Source: a virus (lineage: Duplodnaviria; Caudoviricetes). Taken from it: a stretch of 64,000 bases of DNA. A program made the position numbers and the translations under genes. Below, one piece after another: positions 20,441-31,509 of the stretch. The first letter of the stretch is position 1. Each line of letters starts with the position of its first letter. Location of the stretch: IMG/VR virus record IMGVR_UViG_3300032007_000049, positions 41,955 to 105,954 of that record. One strand, 5' to 3'. Under the pieces are notes generated by a model. That model did not search any database, was not told the origin of the DNA, and saw only the letters and a program-made list of their open reading frames with translations.

Positions 20441-22291
20441 TTAACTTTCTATTTCAATAATAATATTATTATAAAGAGAATCTTTATTATATAAATATGG
20501 GTATTGAAAGAAATCCAATGAAATATCATTAGAAGTTGATATCAGATCAATTCCATTATATACAGGATTCCAATATAAGAAATTTAACCCGTTTATATTT
20601 ACTCCATTACGCCTTGTATGAATACTTTTTACACCACTTAACCCTAATATATAGTTAACGATATTTGTTATACTAATTGTTTGACCCAACGTATTATTAG
20701 TAAATAATGCATTTATGGCCTCGTTTATCTCTGATTTTATTAATTCATTATTTCTTCTAGATGATTTATATTTAGTTATAACTATTTGTGTTTCATCTAT
20801 TATATCGTCAATTGTTTGAGATGTAAATTCATTTTCCTTGTTTATCAAATCATCAGAAATAAACCCAGCACCGACTGCAAAAGCCATATATACAGGGTCC
20901 ATGGCTACTATATTTGAAGTAACCATTGTATTATCAGATATTTTATTAACAATATTTTGTTTTTGTGCTGGTGAAACAAATGCGAATGTTCCATCACCAT
21001 TTAATGCCCCTATAGAAGGCACCATATATACATATATATTTCCAAAATTACAAGATGTAGAAAAATTAACCTGATTAAATAATATACGAGCATCTTTATT
21101 TGCATTAGTCAACCCCAATGAATTTTGAAAATAATTCATATGGCCATTTAAAAAGGATGTATTATTAACAACAGCAACATCAGCTAAAACATTTCTAAAA
21201 TTTTGTTGTATAAAAGACTTAATACTTTCCGCTTTTAATAAATTTGTATGTGTAAATACTTTTGGTGCATTATTTCTTATTTCATCAACGGTTTCGGGTA
21301 AAACAAATGGTGTTGATTTATTTTTATTTGAAAAATGAATTTTAATTATATCGGTAGTGGATATATAAGGAACAACCGCTACATCATTCATTATTTCATT
21401 AAACTGTGTAGTATTATAAAATTTTAAAATAGCATCATTATTAACATCGTTCGCATCAATTTCACCATTTGATCCATCTGATTTTAAATAATAAATTGCA
21501 ACTTCGTCACCAGCATTTAATTGTTTACCATTTATATTATTACCAAATGTAAATTCGTAATATCCATTTTCATTTAAACGTTTGGTATATTTTAATGCTG
21601 TATTATTTTCTAAAAATAAATTTTCAGCTTCGGTATATTCTTGCCACAATTTTGTAATAGAATCTTTAACAAATACAGAAAAATTAAAATGATCCACATA
21701 AACTGCTGATTGCTCTAAACTTTTATTATTATTAGGTATGAGTGTAATTACTTCAAACGGTTCACCTAATGCAGTTTGTAAAGGATGTTCAATAATATTA
21801 CCTTGATATAAAATATTATTTTTACTAAAAGTAGTTAATGTTTCATTTTCATCCCCCGTTTTAGTAAATGAAACATCTTGTGTAAAATAATATTTTGTTC
21901 CTAAAACATCTAAAAAAGTATACCTAGGTATATTATATATATTAGGGGATAATGATGCATCAGCAGTTGCTTCAAACGTTAATGTACAGGTGGAATATCC
22001 AATAGGTTTATAATTAATTAATTTAACAATTCTATTGATATTTTCATATAAAGACGCTTGTGTTATCAAACCTTCCGAACTAGTTTGATTCAAATAAAAC
22101 ATTAACACATGGCCTAAATAAGCAAATATATCAGTAAATCCTGATATATTACTACCTTCATATACACCATCAGTAAATATTTTTGTCTGGCTTAATCTAT
22201 CATTAATGATTTGCTTCATTGATAATGCATCGAATGCAGCATAACCATTTTGATTTAAATAAAAAGAAGTATAAGCAGTATCTTGTGCCAT
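20441..22291 (-). CDS. gp6: Baseplate wedge subunit (T4 gp6-like)
   Basis: FTDGVYEGSNIS..YLNQTSSE..ASLYENINRIVKLINYKP, FGNNINGK, ETVDEIRNNAP. Confidence 0.9.
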   Translation of the reverse strand: MAQDTAYTSFYLNQNGYAAFDALSMKQIINDRLSQTKIFTDGVYEGSNISGFTDIFAYLGHVLMFYLNQTSSEGLITQASLYENINRIVKLINYKPIGYSTCTLTFEATADASLSPNIYNIPRYTFLDVLGTKYYFTQDVSFTKTGDENETLTTFSKNNILYQGNIIEHPLQTALGEPFEVITLIPNNNKSLEQSAVYVDHFNFSVFVKDSITKLWQEYTEAENLFLENNTALKYTKRLNENGYYEFTFGNNINGKQLNAGDEVAIYYLKSDGSNGEIDANDVNNDAILKFYNTTQFNEIMNDVAVVPYISTTDIIKIHFSNKNKSTPFVLPETVDEIRNNAPKVFTHTNLLKAESIKSFIQQNFRNVLADVAVVNNTSFLNGHMNYFQNSLGLTNANKDARILFNQVNFSTSCNFGNIYVYMVPSIGALNGDGTFAFVSPAQKQNIVNKISDNTMVTSNIVAMDPVYMAFAVGAGFISDDLINKENEFTSQTIDDIIDETQIVITKYKSSRRNNELIKSEINEAINALFTNNTLGQTISITNIVNYILGLSGVKSIHTRRNGVNINGLNFLYWNPVYNGIDLISTSNDISLDFFQYPYLYNKDSLYNNIIIEIES

Positions 22292-22315
22292 GATATATTA
22301 ATTATTTATCCTGCG

Positions 22316-22822
22316 TTATTCACTATAAACGAACCCTGTTTGTGTTAGTTTGCCTAAAAAACTAAATGGTTTATTAACTACTGTATCACTAAATGCAGGT
22401 AAAGTATAATATATATTAATTTCATATTCTGACTTCTCTTCATTCGGATAAACATTAATATTAGTTACAGTAATTCTAGGTTCATATAATTGTATTGATG
22501 CTAAAATTGTTTCACCGATACTTTGAGCATAATAATAATCAACAGGGTAAAATAAAAATTGCATTAAATTCATACCATATTCAGGATTTAATATTTTTTG
22601 ACCCTGTGTAGTAGTGAACAATGTTTTTAATGAATTTTTAATTGCTTCTTCATTATAACTTAATACCAAATCCTTACGATTTAATGAATGATATAATTGA
22701 TTCTGAAATGTAAATTGTGTCTTTAAATCAATATTTAAATCACTATATATGATATCAATATCTGTTTTAGATGTAACATTAAGTTGTTCATCTAATTTTT
22801 TGATATTATTTAATCTAATCAT
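22316..22822 (-). CDS. gp25: Baseplate wedge subunit (T4 gp25-like)
   Basis: YSDL..AIKNSLKTLFTTTQGQKILNPEYG..LYEPRI. Confidence 0.9.
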   Translation of the reverse strand: MIRLNNIKKLDEQLNVTSKTDIDIIYSDLNIDLKTQFTFQNQLYHSLNRKDLVLSYNEEAIKNSLKTLFTTTQGQKILNPEYGMNLMQFLFYPVDYYYAQSIGETILASIQLYEPRITVTNINVYPNEEKSEYEINIYYTLPAFSDTVVNKPFSFLGKLTQTGFVYSE

Positions 22823-22863
22823 AAAAATATTTATTTCTTGCGGTTTTTTAATAAATACTTTAT

Positions 22864-23505
22864 ATGGCCAAACAATATAAATTGTTAATTGAAAATTTTT
22901 TAAACCGTGGTAATAACGCAGGTTTTGCTATTCGTGATATCGTTAAAATAGTTGATAATTACAAATCAACCGATTTTTTCAAAAAAGCACATAAAAATAT
23001 TCAAAAACTTATAGAAAAATTTGCTTCTGAAGATAAACCGTTAAGAGTTCTTGATATTAAAACATCAAAACCTATTCCAGGTAATAGTATTAATAATGCT
23101 GAAGCACGGGGTGATGAAGTAAGTATTGAAATTGTCCAAGAATATGCACCACATAGAACTGATAATTCTCTATCTATTTTAGTGTGCCCTTGCTTATTAG
23201 AAATCGTTGAAGAAGGCTATCCAAATTTACCAAAAATTCCTGATTCTTATTATAGAAAATCCAAAGAATATATTGAAGAATTAGAAGATGAAGAAGGTGC
23301 AGTTACTCCTATAACATTCGATAATACTAGAAAGTCAATGCAAGAAGGTAAATTAAAAAATACAGAAGCATTTTTACAGAATAAAAATATAAAAATACCA
23401 ACTGTTAAAAATAAAATTCCATCAAATATAGTATCGAAAAATATAAAAATTAAAGAAAGTAAAGATACCTTAATGGATGAATATGTTAAATTATTAAGCG
23501 AGTAA
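22864..23505 (+). CDS. Hypothetical late protein, probable head core protein
   Basis: TAAATA 6 nt upstream; N-terminal KLLIE and C-terminal KLLSE gp21-type sites. Confidence 0.55.
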   Translation: MAKQYKLLIENFLNRGNNAGFAIRDIVKIVDNYKSTDFFKKAHKNIQKLIEKFASEDKPLRVLDIKTSKPIPGNSINNAEARGDEVSIEIVQEYAPHRTDNSLSILVCPCLLEIVEEGYPNLPKIPDSYYRKSKEYIEELEDEEGAVTPITFDNTRKSMQEGKLKNTEAFLQNKNIKIPTVKNKIPSNIVSKNIKIKESKDTLMDEYVKLLSE

Positions 23506-24636
23506 AAATTCTTTCCAATTTTTTATATTTTCATCAACAGTTGATTGGAAATCATTAATTTTTGAATTAAGGCTGTCATTAACAGATGTTATAGCAGCCT
23601 TAAATTTTGTATATTTATTAACTATTAATTTTGTATTTGGTGAAATATATAAAGCGTCGGATGCTTTTTGTGTTTTAACAATTTTCTTAGATAAATCTAT
23701 ACTTTGTAAAATTTCATTTGTAACAATTTGCTGGCTATCAATACCATTTAAAGCGCTCGTCGCTTCTTTGGTATTTTTATCATTAGTTATTTTGTTTTCT
23801 TCTTTGTCAAAAGAGTCAAAATATGCAGGAGAGTTATCTTTTTCAACATCTTCTAAACCTTCCGATGCGTAATTTTTATCATCTTTTTCATCTTTTTGTT
23901 TAAAACTACTAGTAAACCATTTTAAAGGCCATATACCACTTAGAATAGTTACAATATCCCATGATAATATAGATTTAACATATCCTTCAATTGTTGTTAT
24001 TAAATTTTTCATTGGTTTAACAACTAAGGTGTTAAAAGCTAATGTTAACGCTTCACCTATAAAAACAATAATAAGTTTAATAATAGCAACTGTTTCATTA
24101 TAAACTTTAATTGTAAAATCTTTAATATTATCAAATACTTTTCCAAAAAATATTTTTATATGTTTAAACAAATATTTAATAGCCCATATAGCATAATCTT
24201 TAAGTTTACTTACAAATGATGAAATATATCCATATATTTTAGAAAATTTCTTTTTAACATCTGTCCAATATTTATATATAAAATATAATCCAACACCAAC
24301 AATAGCTATTAACATAATATACACAAGCAATTTATTATTTTTCTTTGCTTTTTGTATTTTTGATGCTTCTCCATTAAATTTATTAATATGTTGTGAAGCA
24401 ATATCGTATATTAATTTATATACTTGTTTTTTAGATAAAAAATTACTATCTTCAATATATACTGTATATATTTTTTTAGATTTTTTTAATTTATCATTAG
24501 CTTTTTTAACATTACTTAATGTTTGTTTTTTAGATTGTAATATTAAATGCTCAGGTTTATCTACTTCGACACGTGGAACATCTTTTTTGCCGAATTTTAA
24601 TTTATATAATATACTGAATATTAAATTGATTGGCAT
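23494..24636 (-). CDS. Membrane/amphipathic helical protein in the baseplate hub cluster (possible short tape-measure-like protein)
   Basis: TM segment LLVYIMLIAIVGVGLYFIY followed by periodic W/F amphipathic helices. Confidence 0.45.
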   Translation of the reverse strand: MPINLIFSILYKLKFGKKDVPRVEVDKPEHLILQSKKQTLSNVKKANDKLKKSKKIYTVYIEDSNFLSKKQVYKLIYDIASQHINKFNGEASKIQKAKKNNKLLVYIMLIAIVGVGLYFIYKYWTDVKKKFSKIYGYISSFVSKLKDYAIWAIKYLFKHIKIFFGKVFDNIKDFTIKVYNETVAIIKLIIVFIGEALTLAFNTLVVKPMKNLITTIEGYVKSILSWDIVTILSGIWPLKWFTSSFKQKDEKDDKNYASEGLEDVEKDNSPAYFDSFDKEENKITNDKNTKEATSALNGIDSQQIVTNEILQSIDLSKKIVKTQKASDALYISPNTKLIVNKYTKFKAAITSVNDSLNSKINDFQSTVDENIKNWKEFLLA

Positions 24637-24641
24637 TTTAA

Positions 24642-25475
24642 TTATGTTTCCTGGGAATATCTATTAGGTAAATCAATACCATTATTATTTGTACTTTTTT
24701 CGATTTCTTCCTGTTGTTCAGCTAAATCTTCATTAAAAATATCAATAATTGTATTAGCTTCATTTAAATTAATAGTATCATAATTACATATTCTTATATA
24801 TTTAAATAAAGTATACTCTTTTTTTATCAAATCTCGTTGATCATATATAAAAAGTTTTTTTACAAATTCAAAAAGCGTTATTAATTGACAATTTGCCTTC
24901 AATTGATCATTAAAAAATGGTGTATTTTTTAAAATATTATCCCATTCGCTTATTTTAATTGATACTGCACTCAAAATGTTACTTGGTAAATTATCAATTA
25001 TTATATGTTCTAATGGAACTTCTTCATTTTCTATTACTATTTTCTTAAAATAATTATATGTATTATAATTTAATATATCTTTTTGTAATGTTTCTTCATT
25101 ATAAATAAAAAACGTATTAGGTATTCCTATAATAACATAAGAATCTTCATTTATTTTAATAGTATAATCTTTAATATTAATATTTTTAATAGTATTTAAT
25201 ATATTTTCAATTTTTATTGAATATTTAAATTTATCATCTTCATTTTTTAATGTAAATTCATAAACACTTCGAGTTGTTATTATTAAATTATACAATAACA
25301 ATTCAAGTTGTTTGAATACATCTAAAGATTCATCAAAATTATATAATGAATTAAAATAATTTATTATCTGAGTATTATCATTTAATTGCAATAAAAGCTG
25401 TAGATTTTTAAAATCTTTCAGTTTTATTCCATTTATAAAATAATTTTTATCATTTATTTTATAACTAAAAACCAT
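24642..25475 (-). CDS. Putative baseplate hub assembly protein (gp26/gp51-like)
   Basis: Position; C-terminal EYTLFKY..INLNEANTIIDIFNEDLAEQQ resembles gp51. Confidence 0.45.
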   Translation of the reverse strand: MVFSYKINDKNYFINGIKLKDFKNLQLLLQLNDNTQIINYFNSLYNFDESLDVFKQLELLLYNLIITTRSVYEFTLKNEDDKFKYSIKIENILNTIKNINIKDYTIKINEDSYVIIGIPNTFFIYNEETLQKDILNYNTYNYFKKIVIENEEVPLEHIIIDNLPSNILSAVSIKISEWDNILKNTPFFNDQLKANCQLITLFEFVKKLFIYDQRDLIKKEYTLFKYIRICNYDTINLNEANTIIDIFNEDLAEQQEEIEKSTNNNGIDLPNRYSQET

Positions 25476-25476
25476 T

Positions 25477-26427
25477 TTAAATTGCTAATATATTATTCCA
25501 ATTACCACTACTAATTTTTGCTATTAAATCAGGTATTGGTAAATATAAATTATTTTTTAAATTATAACGTTGAAATACCCATTCAGTTTTATAAGTCTTA
25601 ACATCGTCACTATGTCTCATAACGTTCTGTCGGGAATCAACATTTACAGGCGCACAACCATAAAAAGACCAAACTTTTCTTGGAATTTGAGATAATTTTT
25701 GATAAGATCGTGTATATTCCATTACCAATATATTAGTCTTTATATTTTTTAATTGTTCATTATCATCATCAGGATTTCTCGCTGTTAACCCATAATGTGA
25801 AGTTAAAATGGACCATGGTCTTATAACTAAATCAGCAAAAGATGTATTAGTTTCTAAAAAACTTAAAGTTAATCGGTTATTTGCATAACCATCACGATTA
25901 GATATAGCAACACCAGGAATCAAACCACCATGATTTTCAATTATAACATCTTCTGTGCCTACACGATCCAATGCAGCGATATTAAATTCCTGTGCAAAAA
26001 TACATCCAATTATTCGTTGAAACGGATATGATGTTAATAAAGTGCCAGTGGTGTTATTCGCCCATGCATCAGTATCCCCTTGAATTGGTTCCATTTTTTG
26101 TATAGGTGAAAGATTGTATGTACCAGTATCAACACCAAATATATTACCTGCTTGTGCAATTGCATTTCCTGCGGCATCTAATAAACCAGCCATCCAATCT
26201 TTAACGATTGCATTTGGAAAAGTTTCTATAAGGATAACAAATTGATTATTAGTAGGTATACTCGCGATCCATGTTTCCATCATTGTGAGGAAATAATCAC
26301 GATACGAAATAATAGGAATAGCGGGAATATTACCACCTAACAAATTGAGATTACCCTGTCCTAAATTGGATAAATTTCCCGCATTTCCTAGTGTGTTCGA
26401 ACTGTTTATAAGACTTGAGACACCCAT
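25477..26427 (-). CDS. Tail tube initiator-like protein (gp54/gp19 fold)
   Basis: LTLSFLETN..IRPW, WSFYGCAPVNV, KTEWVFQRY tube-fold motifs. Confidence 0.6.
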   Translation of the reverse strand: MGVSSLINSSNTLGNAGNLSNLGQGNLNLLGGNIPAIPIISYRDYFLTMMETWIASIPTNNQFVILIETFPNAIVKDWMAGLLDAAGNAIAQAGNIFGVDTGTYNLSPIQKMEPIQGDTDAWANNTTGTLLTSYPFQRIIGCIFAQEFNIAALDRVGTEDVIIENHGGLIPGVAISNRDGYANNRLTLSFLETNTSFADLVIRPWSILTSHYGLTARNPDDDNEQLKNIKTNILVMEYTRSYQKLSQIPRKVWSFYGCAPVNVDSRQNVMRHSDDVKTYKTEWVFQRYNLKNNLYLPIPDLIAKISSGNWNNILAI

Positions 26428-26451
26428 AATATAATTATTTATTTTGAGGAT

Positions 26452-28836
26452 TTATTGATTAATAGCCTCATGATATTTATGTTGTATTTCCTTTGCTTGT
26501 TGCGGTGCAGCTGAACCATAATCACCAGGATTTAATAATCGATCTTGTTCTGATGCTTTTTCTAATGTTTCATTAGAAACATTTTCAGCTAATTTTTTAG
26601 CATGTTCACGAACAATAGCAGGGCCAGTAGTTAATGTTAAAGGAAGATTTTTGAACACATGACTATGTGGATATACTCGTATACAATTTGGCTCAGTAAT
26701 ATAAATTTTATGCCAATGTTCTATAGGAGGAAATGTTCCCCAGCTGCCTAATGAAAGCTCTCGAGCTTCCCCAACTAATATATCGTTACCCAGGGTACCG
26801 GCTAAACCTTTTTGTGATTCAGTTACTTGGTATTCACAAGGCGCGGTAACATGTTGTAAGAACGTCTCACCTTCGATATATGCACTACCACCAATAATAA
26901 TATTATTAGAAACACCTAATGTACTTTCCACCAATACCTGTTTATGATTTTTTTGACGCAATGTAAGTATTTCAGCAGCAATACTTAATCTACCACCAGA
27001 TTCTATATTAATATCATTATTAGAACCAATATTTACTTGTTCACCAGAAACATTAACAACAGTACCCGCAAGGTTCGCAGATCCATAGGATTTAATATTA
27101 ACCCCTCCAGCACCAACCATTACATTAAATGCATTACATACTGTTAATGTATAAGTCCCACCAGGTAAAGGAGGAACATTTACATATTCAACTAATGGGC
27201 TTGGAATGGCTTTTGTATATGTAGTAGTATCCCCGATTTGCATTTCAGCATTATACATTTTTCCAATACTATCGATACGAATAGATCCATAATCATTCAT
27301 TACCATACCAATAGTTTCTGATTTATCTTTTGTAATATGGATAATATCAGATCCACCAAGACCCATGTTTTTTTCAACATCAATTAATTTAACTAATTTT
27401 TTATTATATAAATCAGCAATATTTTCTTTTAATTCTTCGGATTTAAAATCACCACCCATTGAAGATTCAGATAATTCAGGGGAATTTATAGTTTGATATT
27501 CTTTTATAACTGATCCGACTTTATTTAAAGTTGTTGGTGGATTTGGATTAACACCATCATTCTTATAATCTTCATTTTTTAACGTATTAACTGCCTCCGT
27601 AGCTGCATTAAAATAATTTTCATCATCTTCTACTGAAGTAACAGTTTTTATATTTTTAATATTTGGATTTTTACAATGTTTTCCATCTTTTTTTTGTAAT
27701 GTCGAATTGAATTTTGCAATTACATCACCAGAAGCATTTAATAAAATATTATCAGCATTACATCTTTTTATATAAAATAATTGTTTAAGATTAGCAATTT
27801 GAGCTATTTCTGCTTTCCATGCAACCATTGCATTATAATTTAAATTTCCAACTTTTCTATAATGATCACCGTTTACATTAATATCTTGATCACCATATAC
27901 AAATACATTATCAGAACCCCTTACTGTTGCAAATCTATTACCTTGTACTAATTTTTGATCATCATTAACAGCTAATTCTATAGTTGTGTTGTTGTTGTAT
28001 TCTTTAAAAGAACCAGAATAATGAGTTAATTTAATTTTTTCATTATTATCAGTATTATTAATTTCTAAAGTTCCGCCTTTTTGATTTAAAATATACTTAC
28101 TACGATATTTATCTACATTATGATTATATTCTCCTTTGACAATTTTTTTATTTTCATATGTTCCAGGATATTCTGATTCATTATATAAACTATTCCAATC
28201 TACTTGACCATATAACACATGAGTAACAACTGGAAAATGTGGATCACCTTCTAAAAATTGCACTAAAACATGTGCCCCTACATTCGGCACACCAAATTCT
28301 CCACGAGAAGATCGTGAATATGTATTTGGTTTGTAATTTTTAGCAGACGCATTAATATTATTTACATTTTTATTACTGCCATCAAATGCATCTGATAATC
28401 TATAATCGTTTTCTTCATAAATTGCTCCTGGTTTATCCCCATTTATGATAGTATTTCTTGTTTTTTTATCATTTTTATCAAATTCAGAAAATACAATATC
28501 GTTTCTATCAGTATTTAAAAGATTTGAATCATTAGAAGTTTTGGTAACATCAGCAAAAAAGTTATACCTACCTGTAGAACCTTCATTAGATACTGACATT
28601 GCTAAGGGAGCCCAAGGCAAAATTAGCCGTAATTCTGCAATAATATCTGCAGTTAGCCCAGATTTTTTATTAAATCCTAATAATTTTATCTTTTTATTTT
28701 TATTTAAACTATTAAAATTATCATATACAGTAGGGGATATACTGGGCACCCATACTTTTACTTGTCCTGCTCTATTTGGATCGTTATTTTGTATAACAAT
28801 ACCATTATAAACACCATATTTTTTATTGTTCGTCAC
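26452..28836 (-). CDS. gp5: Baseplate hub central spike (gp5/VgrG-like)
   Basis: GIVIQNNDPNRAGQVKVWVP, VPNVGAHVLVQFLEGDPHFPV OB-fold; beta-helix repeats; C-terminal HxH motifs. Confidence 0.85.
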   Translation of the reverse strand: MTNNKKYGVYNGIVIQNNDPNRAGQVKVWVPSISPTVYDNFNSLNKNKKIKLLGFNKKSGLTADIIAELRLILPWAPLAMSVSNEGSTGRYNFFADVTKTSNDSNLLNTDRNDIVFSEFDKNDKKTRNTIINGDKPGAIYEENDYRLSDAFDGSNKNVNNINASAKNYKPNTYSRSSRGEFGVPNVGAHVLVQFLEGDPHFPVVTHVLYGQVDWNSLYNESEYPGTYENKKIVKGEYNHNVDKYRSKYILNQKGGTLEINNTDNNEKIKLTHYSGSFKEYNNNTTIELAVNDDQKLVQGNRFATVRGSDNVFVYGDQDINVNGDHYRKVGNLNYNAMVAWKAEIAQIANLKQLFYIKRCNADNILLNASGDVIAKFNSTLQKKDGKHCKNPNIKNIKTVTSVEDDENYFNAATEAVNTLKNEDYKNDGVNPNPPTTLNKVGSVIKEYQTINSPELSESSMGGDFKSEELKENIADLYNKKLVKLIDVEKNMGLGGSDIIHITKDKSETIGMVMNDYGSIRIDSIGKMYNAEMQIGDTTTYTKAIPSPLVEYVNVPPLPGGTYTLTVCNAFNVMVGAGGVNIKSYGSANLAGTVVNVSGEQVNIGSNNDINIESGGRLSIAAEILTLRQKNHKQVLVESTLGVSNNIIIGGSAYIEGETFLQHVTAPCEYQVTESQKGLAGTLGNDILVGEARELSLGSWGTFPPIEHWHKIYITEPNCIRVYPHSHVFKNLPLTLTTGPAIVREHAKKLAENVSNETLEKASEQDRLLNPGDYGSAAPQQAKEIQHKYHEAINQ

Positions 28837-29551
28837 TTGTTATCACCACTTTTATTGTTTTAATATTAATACAACTATAGCCAAGATTACTCATATCAAT
28901 CCCAACATTATCATATGTATCACTATTTTCCATAAATTTTTGATCACTCATTTCAACTGCATATTTAACTAAATCTTCAGTGCATTGTTTCTTTATTTCT
29001 TGTATTTTTTCTAATTTTTTATCAGTATATTGTGAAATATCTCGTTTATCTCTATTAGTTAAAGTTTTTGTTAAATTATTAATACTACCTAATAAACTTT
29101 TTTGTACTGTCCCGTTTTCAGCTGTAACTTCATCTTCAACTAACGTATTATCTATATAATCATTTATGCCTAATAATTCATCTATTTCGCTATCGGTTGA
29201 TAATTTTTTTATATAAACTGCGTTATCATCGCTATCAGAAGTTAAATATTCTTTAACACTATCATATGCATTGGAAACAGCATCAACTATTGATTCAACT
29301 GTATTAATGACAGATTTTACTGTATTAATAGCGGATTCTACTACCGATTCAACAACAGATGTTATACTATCAATTACTCCGTCTATAGCAGAAGTGATTT
29401 TATCTAATATGGCATCCCCTATATCCTCCATTATATCCAATGCACTTTGTTTAGCTTGGTTTACATTTTCGGATATTTTTGACTTCGTTAACCCTTTAGT
29501 AGAGTTACCTACATTTTTTGCTGCTGGATATTTAGAAGTAAAATTAAACAT
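28823..29551 (-). CDS. Late protein with amphipathic 11-residue repeats
   Basis: SAIDGVIDSITSVVESVVESAINTVKSVINTVESIVDAV; TAAATA 7 nt upstream. Confidence 0.55.
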   Translation of the reverse strand: MFNFTSKYPAAKNVGNSTKGLTKSKISENVNQAKQSALDIMEDIGDAILDKITSAIDGVIDSITSVVESVVESAINTVKSVINTVESIVDAVSNAYDSVKEYLTSDSDDNAVYIKKLSTDSEIDELLGINDYIDNTLVEDEVTAENGTVQKSLLGSINNLTKTLTNRDKRDISQYTDKKLEKIQEIKKQCTEDLVKYAVEMSDQKFMENSDTYDNVGIDMSNLGYSCINIKTIKVVITSDEQ

Positions 29552-29585
29552 GTATAATTATTTATCCTCATTGTTTAAGGATAAA

Positions 29586-30392
29586 CTAGCTAACTATTTG
29601 TCTAAATTGTTTTATATTATACATGATAGTATCGATTTGGTCTTGATTTAATTCAATTTCCATATTATCGGCCATTAAACCTTTTGGCTTTTCTTTTAAT
29701 CCCAACGAAGAATTATAATGTATATTATTAATACCGGCCATTACTGGATTGCTTGTATCTATACTTCTTATGTTATATATGTTATTATTTTTATAAAAAG
29801 AAAATTCAGAAGGTAATTGAACACCTAATAAATGATGTGGTTTATTCCAATTCCATATACCATCATCTATTAACATTTGTATTACCCTTGTGCGCCCATT
29901 AGATTTAATTTGATCAATATTTAATCCTCTACCAACTGCATTATAAAATATACTACTATGATTTAGTCCTATATAATCAGCAACATCACTCATGTATTTG
30001 TAAGATTCTACAAATTCGTTATAATTTTTCCCATGAACAATACCCATTTTATTTTGTGTTAAATTTGGGTATTTAGTTATAAATTCATTGAACATCATAC
30101 ATGTTTTAAATCCGCCATCCATTATATCAGGAACTATAAATGTAGTAGGATTTAATTGATTAATACAATTAACATAATCATCTTCATTAAATTTTTCGTT
30201 AGTATGAGCAAATTCAAAAGCAGAATTATCTAAAATTATTTCTATATTATTAGCTTTACATTTGTCAAAAAATTGTTTATATTTTTCATTTTTAATATAA
30301 AGATGATACAAACAATATTGATAATCATTATACTTCAGACTATCTTCCAATAATGAGATAGGACTTTCATGTGAAACTAAAATTTTATTCAT
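29586..30392 (-). CDS. TGT-fold (DpdA-like) guanine transglycosylase
   Basis: IILDNSAFE (cf. TGT DSGGF), FIVPD, GIVHG, HHLLG, RSIDTS; early-type promoter. Confidence 0.65.
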   Translation of the reverse strand: MNKILVSHESPISLLEDSLKYNDYQYCLYHLYIKNEKYKQFFDKCKANNIEIILDNSAFEFAHTNEKFNEDDYVNCINQLNPTTFIVPDIMDGGFKTCMMFNEFITKYPNLTQNKMGIVHGKNYNEFVESYKYMSDVADYIGLNHSSIFYNAVGRGLNIDQIKSNGRTRVIQMLIDDGIWNWNKPHHLLGVQLPSEFSFYKNNNIYNIRSIDTSNPVMAGINNIHYNSSLGLKEKPKGLMADNMEIELNQDQIDTIMYNIKQFRQIVS

Positions 30393-30432
30393 AAGTATAT
30401 TTTAAAATAAAAAACACAAAAATCAATTATTT

Positions 30433-30468
30433 AAAATAAAAGGTTCCTAAACAGGAACCTTTTATTTT
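30433..30468 (-). terminator. Intrinsic terminator after the radical SAM gene
   Basis: AAAATAAAAGGTTCCT-aaac-AGGAACCTTTTATTTT. Confidence 0.8.
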
Positions 30469-31509
30469 TTATTTAACTGGTAAACTATAAAAACAATTGT
30501 AATATACTTTTCCGTCAGGATATAAATCAATATGGTCACATATTTTATTATCCGAATATCGTTCTTTCATAGAAGATGGAATACTAAAACAAATCCGAAA
30601 TTCTTCTTTATACCAATAATTATAATTATAATAATCATTTACATTTTCTACATGATCAAGACGAAAATCCGGGTCTTTTTCCAATTCTTCTTTTATTTCA
30701 TCATATGTCCCACCAACATTATTTTGGCCGTCAGATGTATATTCAAATATATTTTCCATTTGTCTAAACGCAATATCTGATAATTCAAAAGGTCTATATG
30801 TTTCAATAAAAGTTTTGATATCTTTTACTGTATGAATACCGTTTTTCATTAACATACAACTCATACCAAAATACGGTTCATCAAATAATTCGCGCATCTT
30901 TTTTATAGATTTTAATAATGAATCATTTGTGGGTTTTGTTCTTAAATTCATTATTTTTTGATTAATATCATCATCATAATGAGCTCTAGAAATTTGCATA
31001 CCACCGCAATTAGGTGCCATTATTTCTATTATTGGTTTCCCTTCATATTCAGAATCTAATGCAGAACCATTTGTTAACATATCAAAACGTATTCCTTTTC
31101 TTGCGAGGTGTTGAATAAAAGGAACAAATAATGTATTAATGGTTGGCTCACCTCCTGTTAACATAACAAATGGTACAAAATCTAATTGTTTAGTTAATTG
31201 GGCATATATATAATCAAAACGTTTTATAAATTCTTCAGGTGAAAGTTTATTTTTGGAAAATGCGTCTTTTGTATTTTCATGTGTATATAACGCTTTATTA
31301 ATACAAAATGGACAATTAGAATTACATTTAGCTCCTATAAATATCTTAAATTCTAAATGATTCATTACTTGCAATTTATTGCCATCAATTTCAACTTCTT
31401 TAAAATCCTGTGGATTTATATTGCGGGGATTTAAGAAAAATACCTTTTTATTGATAATTTGTTTGATATTTTTTTTATCTTCTTCTGTTAATATAATATT
31501 CTCTAACAT
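30469..31509 (-). CDS. Radical SAM enzyme
   Basis: CNSNCPFC (CxxxCxxC), LTGGEP, TNGS; C-terminal CDHIDLYPDGKVYYNC. Confidence 0.9.
   Translation of the reverse strand: MLENIILTEEDKKNIKQIINKKVFFLNPRNINPQDFKEVEIDGNKLQVMNHLEFKIFIGAKCNSNCPFCINKALYTHENTKDAFSKNKLSPEEFIKRFDYIYAQLTKQLDFVPFVMLTGGEPTINTLFVPFIQHLARKGIRFDMLTNGSALDSEYEGKPIIEIMAPNCGGMQISRAHYDDDINQKIMNLRTKPTNDSLLKSIKKMRELFDEPYFGMSCMLMKNGIHTVKDIKTFIETYRPFELSDIAFRQMENIFEYTSDGQNNVGGTYDEIKEELEKDPDFRLDHVENVNDYYNYNYWYKEEFRICFSIPSSMKERYSDNKICDHIDLYPDGKVYYNCFYSLPVK

Noticed and set aside
30469-31509. Calling the radical SAM enzyme QueE
   Set aside because: It is longer than typical QueE, lacks a recognisable QGEG-type N-terminal motif, and has a late-type promoter; left unassigned.
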